A stretch of DNA of 64,000 nucleotides from Syntrophobacteraceae bacterium (GCA_049520035.1 JBEKQE010000017.1:3289-67288), one strand, 5' to 3'. Positions 9,347 to 18,760 are shown, counted from the stretch's first letter. Numbers and translations are program-made. The notes: generated by a model from the sequence alone, not told the origin.

Positions 9347-9431
9347 AGCCTCTTTTGTCCCTGATTCTAGTTGGTCGGGGTAAACCTCCGGCTGTGCCGG
9401 TGGACTCCCAAAAGTTTGACATTTGCGGGAG

Positions 9432-9615
9432 CCGTCATTCCGGCAGTCCCGGCGGCGCTCTTGAGCCGGGATCAAGAGCCGGAATCCAGAGTCTTGAAGC
9501 ACGCCCAGACCGTCAGGCTGCTTCCCTTGGCTGTTCGAGCTAACTGGGTCATGCGTGATAAGTCCCGAAAACCCGCTGGATTCCGGCTCAAAAACACTCA
9601 AACACGGAATGACGG
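9432..9615. repeat. Nested inverted repeat upstream of the recombinase gene
   Basis: The outer arms CCGTCATTCCG (9432-9442) and CGGAATGACGG (9605-9615) are perfect. The inner arms GAGCCGGAATCCAG (9476-9489) and CTGGATTCCGGCTC (9576-9589) are also perfect, and the core between them is 86 bp. Confidence 0.8.
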
Positions 9616-9844
9616 GGGTGCGGTAGTCATCTCCTTTGCGGATAGTGTCGGAAGCGAACAAATACCCACAGTCGCTTTGAGCGGTCCATGGTTTTCTGGG
9701 CCTCCGGCTTGGCCGGAGGTAACTGACTCAAGGTTTTTCCTGCATAGCCCGGAGGTCTTTCACCAATCGGTAGAGCACAAGGGGTTCGTCCGGGAAGGGA
9801 TCGAATCCAAAATCAACCGGAAGGCGGGCAGGAAGATAAACGTT

Positions 9845-9976
<132 letters not shown>

Positions 9977-10014
9977 AGAACTTTTTGTCCGAGTGTCTGC
10001 GGTGAACGCTCCTC

Positions 10015-11514
10015 CTATATCCTCCCGTAAACCCTTGTCAAATCAGCGATCTTCCCGGAAAGTTCAGGGGTCAACTGCTTGGCGGCGACTCTCCATTCCC
10101 AGTTGCCGAATGCGACAGAGGGCGTGTTCATGCGGGCCTCAGCCCCAAGCCCGAGAAAGTCCTGCATCGGGATTATCGCGGTTGAGGCGACAGACATCAT
10201 GGCAGTCCGCACCAGTTGCCCCGCGATGGTATTTTCGTCGAACTCGCGGCCGAAGTATGCGAGAAGATTCTCTTTTTCGCTTTCAGTGGCGTCGTGCTCA
10301 AACCATCCTTTTACCGTATTGTTGTCGTGCGTGCCGGTGTAAACGACGCAGTTCTTCACATGATTATGGGGAACGTAGGGGTTTGTGGACAGGCTGCCTC
10401 CAAAAGCAAACAGCAAGATCTTCATTCCGGGGAAAGCGTAGGTGCTCATGATTTCCCTGACCTCAGGAGTGATAACACCGAGGTCTTCGGCAATTAATGA
10501 AATCGAGGGAAAGCGCATCAGCAGCGTATGGAAGAACTCCGCGGCCGGAGTTTCCACCCATTTGCCGTTTATGGCTGTTTTTTCCGCCGCAGGCACTTCC
10601 CAGTAGGCGACGAACCCCCGGAAGTGATCGAGCCGAACCGTGTCCAGATATTTCAGGTTGTGCTCCATTCGGCTGATCCACCACGCATAGAAAGTTTCCT
10701 TGAGCTTGTCCCAGGAATAGACGGGATTGCCCCACAACTGCCCGGTTTCACTGAAGTAGTCGGGAGGCACTCCGGCGACGAATGCAGGCCTTTTGTCGCT
10801 GTCGAGCTTAAAGTACTCGGAATTTGTCCAAACGTCCGAGCTGTCGTAGCTCACGTAAATCGGGATGTCGCCTATTACCTGGATTTGCTTTTGGTTGCAG
10901 TAGCTCTTAAGGGCTGACCATTGCCGAAAAAAAAGGAATTGAGTGAATTTCTCCAGTTTGATCTTTTCAGCGAGTTTTTCCGTCCATTCATTGAGCGCAG
11001 GTTGTGTCCTGTCCCTGATCTCCTGGGGCCATTCGTTCCAGGGAGCGCCCGAGAAGCTCTCCTTGAGGCCCATGAAAAGGGCGTAGTCGTCAAGCCAGTG
11101 CGCGTTGGCATTTACGAAATTCTCATACCTGCATCCTTCATCCGGCATTTGCCTGAATTTTTCATAAGCTATTCCCAGGACTCGGTCCTTGAACGCGGCG
11201 ACCTTGTCGTAATCGACTTTGGCCGCATCGAAAGAAGGGGCCCGGTTGAGGTCGTTCAATGAAATATATCCATCCTTGACGAGCAGGTCCGGGGCAATCA
11301 GAAGAGGGTTTCCCGCGAAGGCCGAAAAACTGCAGTATGGAGAGCTTCCGCAGGTGGGAGAAGAGGGATTGAAAGGAAGCACCTGCCATAAGGTCTGGCT
11401 GGAATCTGCAAGAAAATCGGCGAAGGCGTAGGCCCCCCTCCCCAGGTCTCCTATGCCGAATTCGGAAGGCAGTGAGGTAATATGCAGCAGAATGCCGTTT
11501 CTTCGCGATTTCAA
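10015..11514 (-). CDS. malQ: 4-alpha-glucanotransferase (amylomaltase, GH77)
   Basis: N-terminus RRNGILLHITSLPSEFGIGDLG, plus DHFRGF and GDIPIYV motifs. 499 aa. Confidence 0.9.
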   Translation of the reverse strand: MKSRRNGILLHITSLPSEFGIGDLGRGAYAFADFLADSSQTLWQVLPFNPSSPTCGSSPYCSFSAFAGNPLLIAPDLLVKDGYISLNDLNRAPSFDAAKVDYDKVAAFKDRVLGIAYEKFRQMPDEGCRYENFVNANAHWLDDYALFMGLKESFSGAPWNEWPQEIRDRTQPALNEWTEKLAEKIKLEKFTQFLFFRQWSALKSYCNQKQIQVIGDIPIYVSYDSSDVWTNSEYFKLDSDKRPAFVAGVPPDYFSETGQLWGNPVYSWDKLKETFYAWWISRMEHNLKYLDTVRLDHFRGFVAYWEVPAAEKTAINGKWVETPAAEFFHTLLMRFPSISLIAEDLGVITPEVREIMSTYAFPGMKILLFAFGGSLSTNPYVPHNHVKNCVVYTGTHDNNTVKGWFEHDATESEKENLLAYFGREFDENTIAGQLVRTAMMSVASTAIIPMQDFLGLGAEARMNTPSVAFGNWEWRVAAKQLTPELSGKIADLTRVYGRI

Positions 11515-11615
11515 CTTGCGCTCCTGTGATCGGGTTGAGTTGCTTGTCCGTACACCTCAACAGGCTATCACAATTCGATATACAATGATATAAGCAGCCG
11601 AAAAAGGGGAAGGTT

Positions 11616-12869
11616 ATGATCACAAAAGGTCTGCTTGACAGGATTTATGAGGCGGCCAGCATCCAGAGGTGGAACGATCACGTTCGCCCGGTCGAGTTCA
11701 CCGAACTGGACAAACAGGCGCACAAAATGATTCTCGCCTACGTGCTCGGAAAGCTCGAAGAATCCGAAGGCCACGCCCAGATCGACTGGCTGAAACTGAT
11801 CGAAGGCGGGATTTTCGAATTCTTCCCCCGGGTCATTCTGACCGACATCAAGGCCCCGGTTTTTCACAAACTGATGAGCAAAAAAGGGCGGGAGATCAAT
11901 ACGCTGGTACTCCAGAAGATAGATGAAGATATCAAGGGTCTTGGGGGAGATTTCGCAGAGAATTTCAGAAAATATCTTTTTGACAGCGATTACGCCCGGT
12001 TTGAAAAAAGGATACTGAAAGCAGCCCATTATCTTGCGACCAACTGGGAATTCCAAATAATTTACAACATAGCCCCATTCGTCTATGGAATAGATAAAAC
12101 CAAAGAGGAAATCGAAAACCAGATAGAAGACCACTATGACCTTATCGGCGTGCAGAAACTCGCGCTGCGAAAGAAATCCTTCGGCTTTATAGATCTTTGC
12201 GCACAGCTTCGATTTCAGCAGAGGTGGGCGCATTCGCCCCGCGTACCCAAAACCTCAGTCCTGGGACACATGCTGATAGTGGCCATGATGTCCTATTTTT
12301 GTTCGGTGGAAATGGGCGCCTGCCGTAAACGCACCTATAACAATTTTTTCAGCGGACTTTTCCACGATCTGCCCGAAGTGCTGACCCGGGACATAGTCTC
12401 GCCTGTGAAAACTTCGGTTGAGGGGCTGGAGGAAATAATAAAAGATTATGAAAGAATGCAGTTTGAGGAGCGCATCCTGCCGCTTCTTCCTTCCTCGATG
12501 CGCAACGAGGTGCTCTATTTTATCCAGGACGAATTCTCAAACAAGATAATGGAGGGCGATGCGGTCAGAAAAGATATTCCCGGACCGCAGATGGAGCGCT
12601 ACAACCATGAGCGCTTCTCCCCCGTTGACGGCGAAGTGATCCGGGCCTGCGACAAGCTCGCGGCCTTTATCGAAGCCTCGCTCTCAATCAGGCACGGCAT
12701 CCGCTCCCAGCACCTTAAGGACGGCAGAGCGAAAATATACCGGGAGTACAGCAATCAGGAGTCCGGCGGCATCAACTTCGCTGAATTGTTCAATTACTAC
12801 TGGTGGCCTCAAGCCTCGATGGGAGACGGCATCGATGCGGCCGCCGGTCCGTTGCCGGAGCTGGAATAG
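11616..12869 (+). CDS. HD-domain phosphohydrolase family protein
   Basis: The H...HD signature (VLGHMLIVAMM ... GLFHDLPEVLTRDI). No more specific family was recognised. Confidence 0.7.
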   Translation: MITKGLLDRIYEAASIQRWNDHVRPVEFTELDKQAHKMILAYVLGKLEESEGHAQIDWLKLIEGGIFEFFPRVILTDIKAPVFHKLMSKKGREINTLVLQKIDEDIKGLGGDFAENFRKYLFDSDYARFEKRILKAAHYLATNWEFQIIYNIAPFVYGIDKTKEEIENQIEDHYDLIGVQKLALRKKSFGFIDLCAQLRFQQRWAHSPRVPKTSVLGHMLIVAMMSYFCSVEMGACRKRTYNNFFSGLFHDLPEVLTRDIVSPVKTSVEGLEEIIKDYERMQFEERILPLLPSSMRNEVLYFIQDEFSNKIMEGDAVRKDIPGPQMERYNHERFSPVDGEVIRACDKLAAFIEASLSIRHGIRSQHLKDGRAKIYREYSNQESGGINFAELFNYYWWPQASMGDGIDAAAGPLPELE

Positions 12870-13319
12870 ATGAGAGCGGTAATCCAGCGCGTCCTGGAGG
12901 CGAGCGTCAAAACAGGGGGTGTGGAAATTGCGCGGATCGGCAGGGGCGCGCTGGTCCTGCTCGGGGTCAGCAGCGCAGACTCTGAGGAGGACGCCCGCTA
13001 TCTTGCCGAGAAGACCGTTTATCTTCGAATATTTCCCGATGGAGCAGACAAAATGAATCTCTCGGTTCTGGACATCGAAGGGGAGGTCCTCGTCGTATCG
13101 CAGTTCACTCTATATGGCGACTGCCGCAAAGGCAGGAGACCTTCCTACGCCTCGGCTGCCCGGCCCGATATCGCCCAGGCCCTCTATGAATCTTACGTAA
13201 AAGAGCTTCTCAAATTTACTCCGAAAGTGGGTACAGGGCACTTTCAGGAAATGATGGATGTCTTTCTGGTAAACGACGGGCCGGTCACCCTGCTTCTGGA
13301 CAGCAGGAAAAATTTCTAA
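12870..13319 (+). CDS. dtd: D-aminoacyl-tRNA deacylase
   Basis: MRAVIQRV N-terminus, SQFTLYGD and NDGPVT motifs. 149 aa. Confidence 0.9.
   Translation: MRAVIQRVLEASVKTGGVEIARIGRGALVLLGVSSADSEEDARYLAEKTVYLRIFPDGADKMNLSVLDIEGEVLVVSQFTLYGDCRKGRRPSYASAARPDIAQALYESYVKELLKFTPKVGTGHFQEMMDVFLVNDGPVTLLLDSRKNF
13251..13316 (+). repeat. Direct repeat copy 1 (authentic dtd 3' end)
   Basis: Matches 13538-13603 at 61/66. Confidence 0.9.
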
Positions 13320-13329
13320 ATGACGCCGG

Positions 13330-13467
13330 CTAAAGCACGCTGATCTTGTTGGTTTTCTCCCATGTTCCGTCTTTACAGATCATGCAGATCTCGGAAAGGC
13401 AGATCATCTCCCCGGAAACAGTTCTATTGCCGTCGAAATAACATTCGCTCTCATGAACATTGCTCAT
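13330..13467 (-). CDS. Small Cys-rich hypothetical protein (45 aa from the internal Met)
   Basis: MSNVHESECYFDGNRTVSGEMICLSEICMICKDGTWEKTNKISVL. It lies between the two dtd-end repeats. No family was recognised. Confidence 0.3.
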   Translation of the reverse strand: MSNVHESECYFDGNRTVSGEMICLSEICMICKDGTWEKTNKISVL

Positions 13468-13537
13468 ATTTATTCTCCTTTGACCGGAAACGGCCGATAA
13501 TTCATCTTTTAAGATAATCATTCTTATACGCATCGCA

Positions 13538-13603
13538 ATGATGGAAGTCTTTATGGTAAACGACGGGCCGGTAACGTTGCTTCTGGACAGCAGGAAAAAT
13601 TTC
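13538..13603 (+). repeat. Direct repeat copy 2 (orphan dtd 3' fragment, stop codon lost)
   Basis: It encodes MMEVFMVNDGPVTLLLDSRKNF, against MMDVFLVNDGPVTLLLDSRKNF* in dtd. Confidence 0.9.
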
Positions 13604-13627
13604 AGAACAGGTCTTCAACAGTGGGCT

Positions 13628-14134
13628 TCACACTACCGCCCATGGAACACCTCTCATCTGCCGCATTTCGAGCACGCTCGGGTGTGCGTCGACGGCCTTG
13701 AGGAGCTGCTTCAACTTCTGCTTCACGGTTGCTGGATCGATAGCACGCGGAAACAATATCGAGTGCTTTGCCGGTTGTTCCAGGTGCAATACGACTCCAA
13801 GAGATTTCGATTTCAGTGCTTGCCCAGCGAAATCCTTCTCACCTGAATCATTTGCATTCACTCGAGCGCAAAGCAGCGCGGCCAGGGTATCCCGAACTTT
13901 GCACGCCACCTCTACCGGTAATTCTGTAGGCTTTGTGCGGGGGTTGACACGGTAATCCTTAACTTCGATAAGCCACGCGCATCGTTCCGGTGATAGAGCA
14001 AGCACATCGATCGCCTTTGCGCCGCCGCAGACACTCTGAAATTGATTGCGATAGAAGCTCCAGTCATCGTATTTGGAGGCTTTCCATTCAGCCGGAAATT
14101 GAAACGTGAGTCCGTCTACATTTATGGCAGGCAT
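13628..14134 (-). CDS. Hypothetical protein with a PD-(D/E)xK nuclease-like motif, partner of the AAA ATPase
   Basis: 168 aa. AIDVLAL-x-AWLIEVKDY gives D-x13-E-x-K on predicted strand-like hydrophobic segments. The gene is 5 nt downstream of the ATPase stop. The function is inferred from this motif only. Confidence 0.55.
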   Translation of the reverse strand: MPAINVDGLTFQFPAEWKASKYDDWSFYRNQFQSVCGGAKAIDVLALSPERCAWLIEVKDYRVNPRTKPTELPVEVACKVRDTLAALLCARVNANDSGEKDFAGQALKSKSLGVVLHLEQPAKHSILFPRAIDPATVKQKLKQLLKAVDAHPSVLEMRQMRGVPWAVV

Positions 14135-14139
14135 AGCGG

Positions 14140-15189
14140 CTACTCCATATGCAAATACCGGTCGGACTGACCTAGTTGCTCGTCAAGAGACGTGATCGGC
14201 CCAATATCGTCGACTCCCTTGCCCTGCTTCACAACGACGCCGTCCTCCTCGAGTCGTAGCCCGAAAAACTTGGTGGAGACTTTCCTAAATGCTTTCGTCT
14301 GCAGTAAGATTTCGAACTCTCGCAAAAGAAATAGACTATGTGTGGCGGTGAAGACTTGGATACCACTTTTGCAAAGTTCCATAATAGTAAATGCAACCTT
14401 CTTGATCAACTTTGGGTTGAGATTAGCCTCCGGTTCGTCCCAGAATAGATAACCTTTATCCAGAAGCGATCCTGTGGAAATCAGCCGTGCAATCATGGCA
14501 AGCTTACTCAGCCCCTCTGCAACGAGAGGCATCTCCATCCTGCCTTGGCCGGGTATTCGGAGATAGAACCGGCCGTTCTTATCCAAGTCGATCCTGCCGT
14601 CCATTACCTCTTCGATTGGAGACAGCAGTTTTCTAACCACCTTCTCTTTCGGGCCGCGCAAAGCCGGTGCTCCCAGCAATACGCATGTGTCACGCCAGGT
14701 TTCATCAAACTCCAAATAGTGGTTGTCATAGACTGAAACAAAGTTGGGGAAAATGGTCAGCAACTCCCTGGTAGGCAAAAATACAGGAGATTTTTCCAGC
14801 CAAATCCTGGGTAGCTTTTCTATACCGACCTCAGACTTGCTCGTCGTGGCAAAATTGAAATCAATGTCCAATTTTCGGTCATCGAACACAAAATTCATTT
14901 CGCAACGCTCTCGACCCTGCTTTCGACGGGCGAGCCGCCCCAGTGATTCCGGCCTAAGCACCGCTAATAGCTTGTCTGCCAGCCGGACTTGGAGCACCGT
15001 CTTGGTAGGAGGGCCTGCTTTGGGTTTCCGTCCCTCCTCAGCGCTTACTGCAAGCACTGAATACACCACTCTAAGAAGATGAGACTTGCCTGTACTGTTT
15101 TCTCCTATCACTACATTCAACTGTGGACTGAAGTGAAAGGAAGCCTTGGGGAAAACAGTCAAATTTTTTAAGCCTACAGATTTAAGCAT
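14140..15189 (-). CDS. ABC/OLD-type AAA ATPase (AAA_15/AAA_21-like)
   Basis: Walker [12 protein letters not shown], signature-like AEGLSKLAM, Walker [14 protein letters not shown] and H-loop FTATHS. The start is set at [13 protein letters not shown] (15189), which is preceded by GAGGAG. The ORF-track start at 15291 adds 34 unlikely codons. Confidence 0.8.
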   Translation of the reverse strand: MLKSVGLKNLTVFPKASFHFSPQLNVVIGENSTGKSHLLRVVYSVLAVSAEEGRKPKAGPPTKTVLQVRLADKLLAVLRPESLGRLARRKQGRERCEMNFVFDDRKLDIDFNFATTSKSEVGIEKLPRIWLEKSPVFLPTRELLTIFPNFVSVYDNHYLEFDETWRDTCVLLGAPALRGPKEKVVRKLLSPIEEVMDGRIDLDKNGRFYLRIPGQGRMEMPLVAEGLSKLAMIARLISTGSLLDKGYLFWDEPEANLNPKLIKKVAFTIMELCKSGIQVFTATHSLFLLREFEILLQTKAFRKVSTKFFGLRLEEDGVVVKQGKGVDDIGPITSLDEQLGQSDRYLHME

Positions 15190-15455
15190 CAAGGTCTCCT
15201 CAGAAGTCCATCCGGAGTTGAAGTCCGGATTTAATTCCGATCTCTTGTGATGCGGACTCAATTGCATGCCAACATAGACAATCTGGCACAAAAACCACGG
15301 GAAAGCAAGTGCAGCACCTTTTTATAGGGGCCGCTCACAATCGCCGCACCAATGAGGAAGATGACGATTCGAGCCGGAGTTGCTATGATGGGGAGAAGTG
15401 ATGACGCGATCGAGTCGATCGGGCAAAGATTCTGTTTATCGGGGAAGGCGAGGAT

Positions 15456-15623
15456 ATGTTGTGTGAGATGTGTAAGGGTAGAGGGATAATTTATTGTATT
15501 AGTTGCAAACAGGGGAATATATCTCCGCCATGGCTCTCCGGGCTGGCCAAGGAGAAGTGTTCCGTGTGCAAGGGCAAAAAGGAAATGAAGTGCCCGGTCT
15601 GTGATGGAAAAGGCGAAGTCTGA
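15456..15623 (+). CDS. DnaJ-type zinc-ribbon mini-protein (55 aa, below the ORF-track cutoff)
   Basis: Manual translation gives MLCEMCKGRGIIYCISCKQGNISPPWLSGLAKEKCSVCKGKKEMKCPVCDGKGEV, with four CxxC(x)G motifs. It ends 18 nt before the next gene. Confidence 0.5.
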   Translation: MLCEMCKGRGIIYCISCKQGNISPPWLSGLAKEKCSVCKGKKEMKCPVCDGKGEV

Positions 15624-15641
15624 TACAGTGGAGGAAACCGG

Positions 15642-16832
15642 ATGAAAGAGGCCGAAGACCGTTTCGAACAGATCCTGGAGCTGGCGCAGCGTCTGGAAAA
15701 TAGAAAATCCGACCTTCAGGCTGCCGCCGCCGCCGATGCCGGGTTTCCGGTAAGTGTCACCGGGATGGAAGTGGATTTGGCGGTTCGCCACCTTCGCACC
15801 ATGGAAGAAGAAATTCCCTGGATTGAAAACGGGAGGCCCTATGGTGTAGTTGCGGCTATTTTACCTTACGATGGGCATGCCGTTATGCTGGCTCGTCTTG
15901 GAGGTGCCGCCCTTATTACGGGAAATCGCCTGCGCTTCAGTTTTTCATCTCAGACTCCCCGTTTGGCCGGTCTTATGGCAGAAATCTGTAATTCCGTTCG
16001 CGCTCTTGATCCAGTTGCCGGAATGGACAATCGCGAATTCGGAGACCAATGCGTTAAAGACCATGCCGTGCGGGTCCTTTTCATGTCCGGAGGCTCCGAG
16101 GTTGGACAGGCATATAGCGGGCGCCGCGAGGCCTTTGACAAGCTATTCTTCGCAGGCCCGGGCGGAATGCCTGCCGCTGTTGTTTTTCAGGACGCCGATG
16201 TCGAAAAAGCAAGCCGGTTCATTGTACGCCGCGCCTTCATCAACGGGGGCCAGTACTGCACCACCCTCAAGAAGGCCCTCATTCATACGTCACTATACGA
16301 TGCAGTACGTGACAGAGTGCTGGAGATGACGGCGCAACTGCGCGTAGGAGACCCTTTCGACCCTGACACCAATATCGGCCCGATTCGAGTCCAGCGAACC
16401 CGGCTGATTCTCGAGAGGGCCATCCAGAGATGTTCCCAGGCCCGTTTGCTTTGCGGCAAAGTAGATTCAGAGACTGTCCACCCTGTCATTCTCGAAGCTC
16501 AAAGCTACTGGACGATCCCGGACCTGGAGCTGTTCGGGCCTTTTCTTCTGCTCAAACCTTTCGACGATCCGGATAGGGCCGTTCATGAGCTTATAGGGAC
16601 CAGGTACGGCTTTCTTCTTTCCTTCTTCGGCTCAGCCGCCGGGGATTATCTCAGGCTCTTTCGTGAAAATTTCGGAATGGTTTATGACAATCCGGATTAT
16701 TTTTTCACTCCGCTTCGCGCTCCTTTCGGCGGCAAGAAGGAAAGCGGCTGGATCGTCGAGCGCCTCGACGACGGGTGGATCACCCGCGACGGCGGCTTTC
16801 ATTACAGCAGGGAATTGGTCCGGCCGCAGTAA
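15642..16832 (+). CDS. Aldehyde dehydrogenase superfamily protein (short form)
   Basis: Catalytic-Cys region FINGGQYCTTLKKALI, a DADVEKA motif and an ALDH-like overall layout. 396 aa. Confidence 0.75.
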   Translation: MKEAEDRFEQILELAQRLENRKSDLQAAAAADAGFPVSVTGMEVDLAVRHLRTMEEEIPWIENGRPYGVVAAILPYDGHAVMLARLGGAALITGNRLRFSFSSQTPRLAGLMAEICNSVRALDPVAGMDNREFGDQCVKDHAVRVLFMSGGSEVGQAYSGRREAFDKLFFAGPGGMPAAVVFQDADVEKASRFIVRRAFINGGQYCTTLKKALIHTSLYDAVRDRVLEMTAQLRVGDPFDPDTNIGPIRVQRTRLILERAIQRCSQARLLCGKVDSETVHPVILEAQSYWTIPDLELFGPFLLLKPFDDPDRAVHELIGTRYGFLLSFFGSAAGDYLRLFRENFGMVYDNPDYFFTPLRAPFGGKKESGWIVERLDDGWITRDGGFHYSRELVRPQ

Positions 16833-16883
16833 GAACCGGCGCATATACCCTGAAAGTATCAAAATACCGGCGGGGCCTCGAGA

Positions 16884-17223
16884 TTAAGGCTTAACTCCAT
16901 CACTGCTCTGAGCGCAGCTCGAAATGAGGGCTGAACGCTCGACGAGTAACGCCTCTATTGACGCGGCACCCGTTTTTTCGCCCAAACCCTGTAAAGTGCC
17001 GCAGACGCCCCCGCAGCCATACAACCATGCGCTCGATGAATTGATGAGAGCATGGTGGAAATCGTTGTGTCCGCGTGATATCTTCAAATGCGCACCTTGG
17101 AACTATCCCGTTGTCAAGGGCAATGCGTACCACCCGCAAGTATCGCTCGGCTATCTTTTTTCGGGTCGAGCCAAGTTTCAAGTAAATGTGGTCGTCCGAG
17201 GCAGAAGTCAGGATTCCGGGCAT
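16884..17223 (-). pseudogene. Remnant of an HMGL-like (homocitrate / citramalate / Re-citrate synthase family) gene
   Basis: Two frames carry family-typical segments: SASDDHIYLKLGSTRKKIAERYLRVVRIALDNGIVPRCAFEDITR and HNDFHHALINSSSAWLYGCGGVCGTLQGLGEKTGAASIEALL. Together they span about 110 codons, against about 380 expected. Confidence 0.6.
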
Positions 17224-17224
17224 C

Positions 17225-18760
17225 TTAGGCGCCTCTCCTGTAATTTCTCAACAGCTCATCCAATCCGAATTTTCTGACCCGGTACGAAATCTGCCTGAGT
17301 GTAATGCCGAGTTCTTTTGCGGTGCGGGTCTGATTCCATTTGTTGCGCTCCAGGGCCGTCAGAACTTCCTTGCGTTCGATCTCCTCGATTCGCGAAAGGG
17401 GCTGTTCGGGGCTCCGATCTCTGCCCTGTTCGCTCAGGAAAGAAGGCAGCAGGCTTGAATCGATCTCATCACCGTCGGCCATGATAACCAGACGCTCTAT
17501 CAGATTTTCCATCTCCCGTACGTTTCCGGGCCAATCGTATTGTGTCAGCGTGGCCATTGCCGTTTTCGATAGAGCGATATTACGGCCGTACTCCTGAGAT
17601 ATCTTTTCAACGAAGTGGCGCAAAAGGTCCGGGATGTCTTGCTTTCTCTCCCTCAGGGGCGGAACATGAATGGGGAAGACGTTCAGCCTGTAGTAAAGAT
17701 CTTCCCGGAATGCGCCTTCCGCCACTGCAGCGGCAAGGTCCCTGTTGGTGGCCGCCAGGACCCGTACATCGACTTTCCTTGTACTGGCGCTGCCCAGCCT
17801 CTCGAACTCTTTTTCCTGCAGGAAACGAAGCAGCTTCGCCTGGAGCGGCAAAGTGAGTTCGCCGATTTCATCCAGAAATATGGTCCCGCCATCGGCCTCC
17901 TCAACCCTGCCTGCCTTCGATTTCACCGCTCCTGTGAAGGCCCCTTTTTCATAGCCGAAAAGCTCCGACTCGAGCAGGTTCTCGGGAAGGGAAGCGCAAT
18001 TGATTTTCACGAACGGCGATCCGGACCTTGTGCTCAGCTCATGCAGGATTCTGGCAACCAGGGTTTTGCCCGTTCCGGACTCTCCGAGGAGAAGAACCGA
18101 CGCCTTGCTCGGCGCAACCTTTTCGATCTGACGCTGCACCACCACCATGGATGGGCTTTTCCCGACCATGAAGAATCGGTTCGGAGTCTCTGAGGAGCTC
18201 TTGGCCGTATAAGAACAATCCTGCAGAAGCTTCATTTCGCGCAGCCTGACCTGGAGGTTCAGGCTTACGAATTGCGCTATCAGGGTCGCAATGATTGACA
18301 GCAGCCGGATGTCTTCATCGAAAGGGATTTCGTCCCCGAACAGCCTGTCCACATGGAGCACCCCTATGGGTTTGCCGTGCAGCATAATGGGCACACCGAG
18401 GAAGCTTATTGACTCCTTCTGAATGTGCCTGGATCGTGTCTTGTTCAAAAACAGGGGCTCTTTGCTTATGTCCGGTACTATGTATGCTTCGGCGGTCTGG
18501 AAAATCAGGCCGGTTATTCCCTCGTCCTGGCGATAGACCCCCCGCTTTCTTTCGGCTTGTGTCAGGCCGTGAGACGCCCGGATGACCAGGTACCCGGTTT
18601 CTTCATCTTTGAGAGTGACCGTTGCGCGCTTCATCGCAAGCGACGATGAAAGGATCGCAAGAATAGTGTCCAGGGCCTGGTCGAGTTTCAGGGCCTGCCC
18701 GATGACACGGCAAGTTTCGAATATAACGTTGAGTACCGTTTCCCTTATCCTTTTCTTCAT
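17225..18760 (-). CDS. Sigma54-dependent transcriptional activator with N-terminal GAF domain (NifA-like architecture)
   Basis: GAF-like N-terminus, Walker A GESGTGKT, the GAFTGA loop (EKGAFTGA) and a C-terminal Fis-type HTH ([22 protein letters not shown]). Confidence 0.9.
   Translation of the reverse strand: MKKRIRETVLNVIFETCRVIGQALKLDQALDTILAILSSSLAMKRATVTLKDEETGYLVIRASHGLTQAERKRGVYRQDEGITGLIFQTAEAYIVPDISKEPLFLNKTRSRHIQKESISFLGVPIMLHGKPIGVLHVDRLFGDEIPFDEDIRLLSIIATLIAQFVSLNLQVRLREMKLLQDCSYTAKSSSETPNRFFMVGKSPSMVVVQRQIEKVAPSKASVLLLGESGTGKTLVARILHELSTRSGSPFVKINCASLPENLLESELFGYEKGAFTGAVKSKAGRVEEADGGTIFLDEIGELTLPLQAKLLRFLQEKEFERLGSASTRKVDVRVLAATNRDLAAAVAEGAFREDLYYRLNVFPIHVPPLRERKQDIPDLLRHFVEKISQEYGRNIALSKTAMATLTQYDWPGNVREMENLIERLVIMADGDEIDSSLLPSFLSEQGRDRSPEQPLSRIEEIERKEVLTALERNKWNQTRTAKELGITLRQISYRVRKFGLDELLRNYRRGA

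Noticed and set aside
9347-9661. N-terminal 105-codon extension of the recombinase ORF
   Set aside because: The canonical resolvase N-terminus MKIGYARVS begins at 9346. The extension is read through the nested palindromic element.
9755-9830. tRNA-like fragment (TCGGTAGAGCA ... GGGATCGAATCC) that could mark a tRNA integration site
   Set aside because: I could not build a cloverleaf. There is no anticodon stem complementarity and no acceptor stem. It is at most a very decayed remnant.
15258-15791. 177-aa minus-strand ORF upstream of the ATPase gene
   Set aside because: It overlaps the zinc-ribbon ORF and the 5' end of the ALDH gene on the other strand and has no motifs. The ATPase has a better internal start with an SD.
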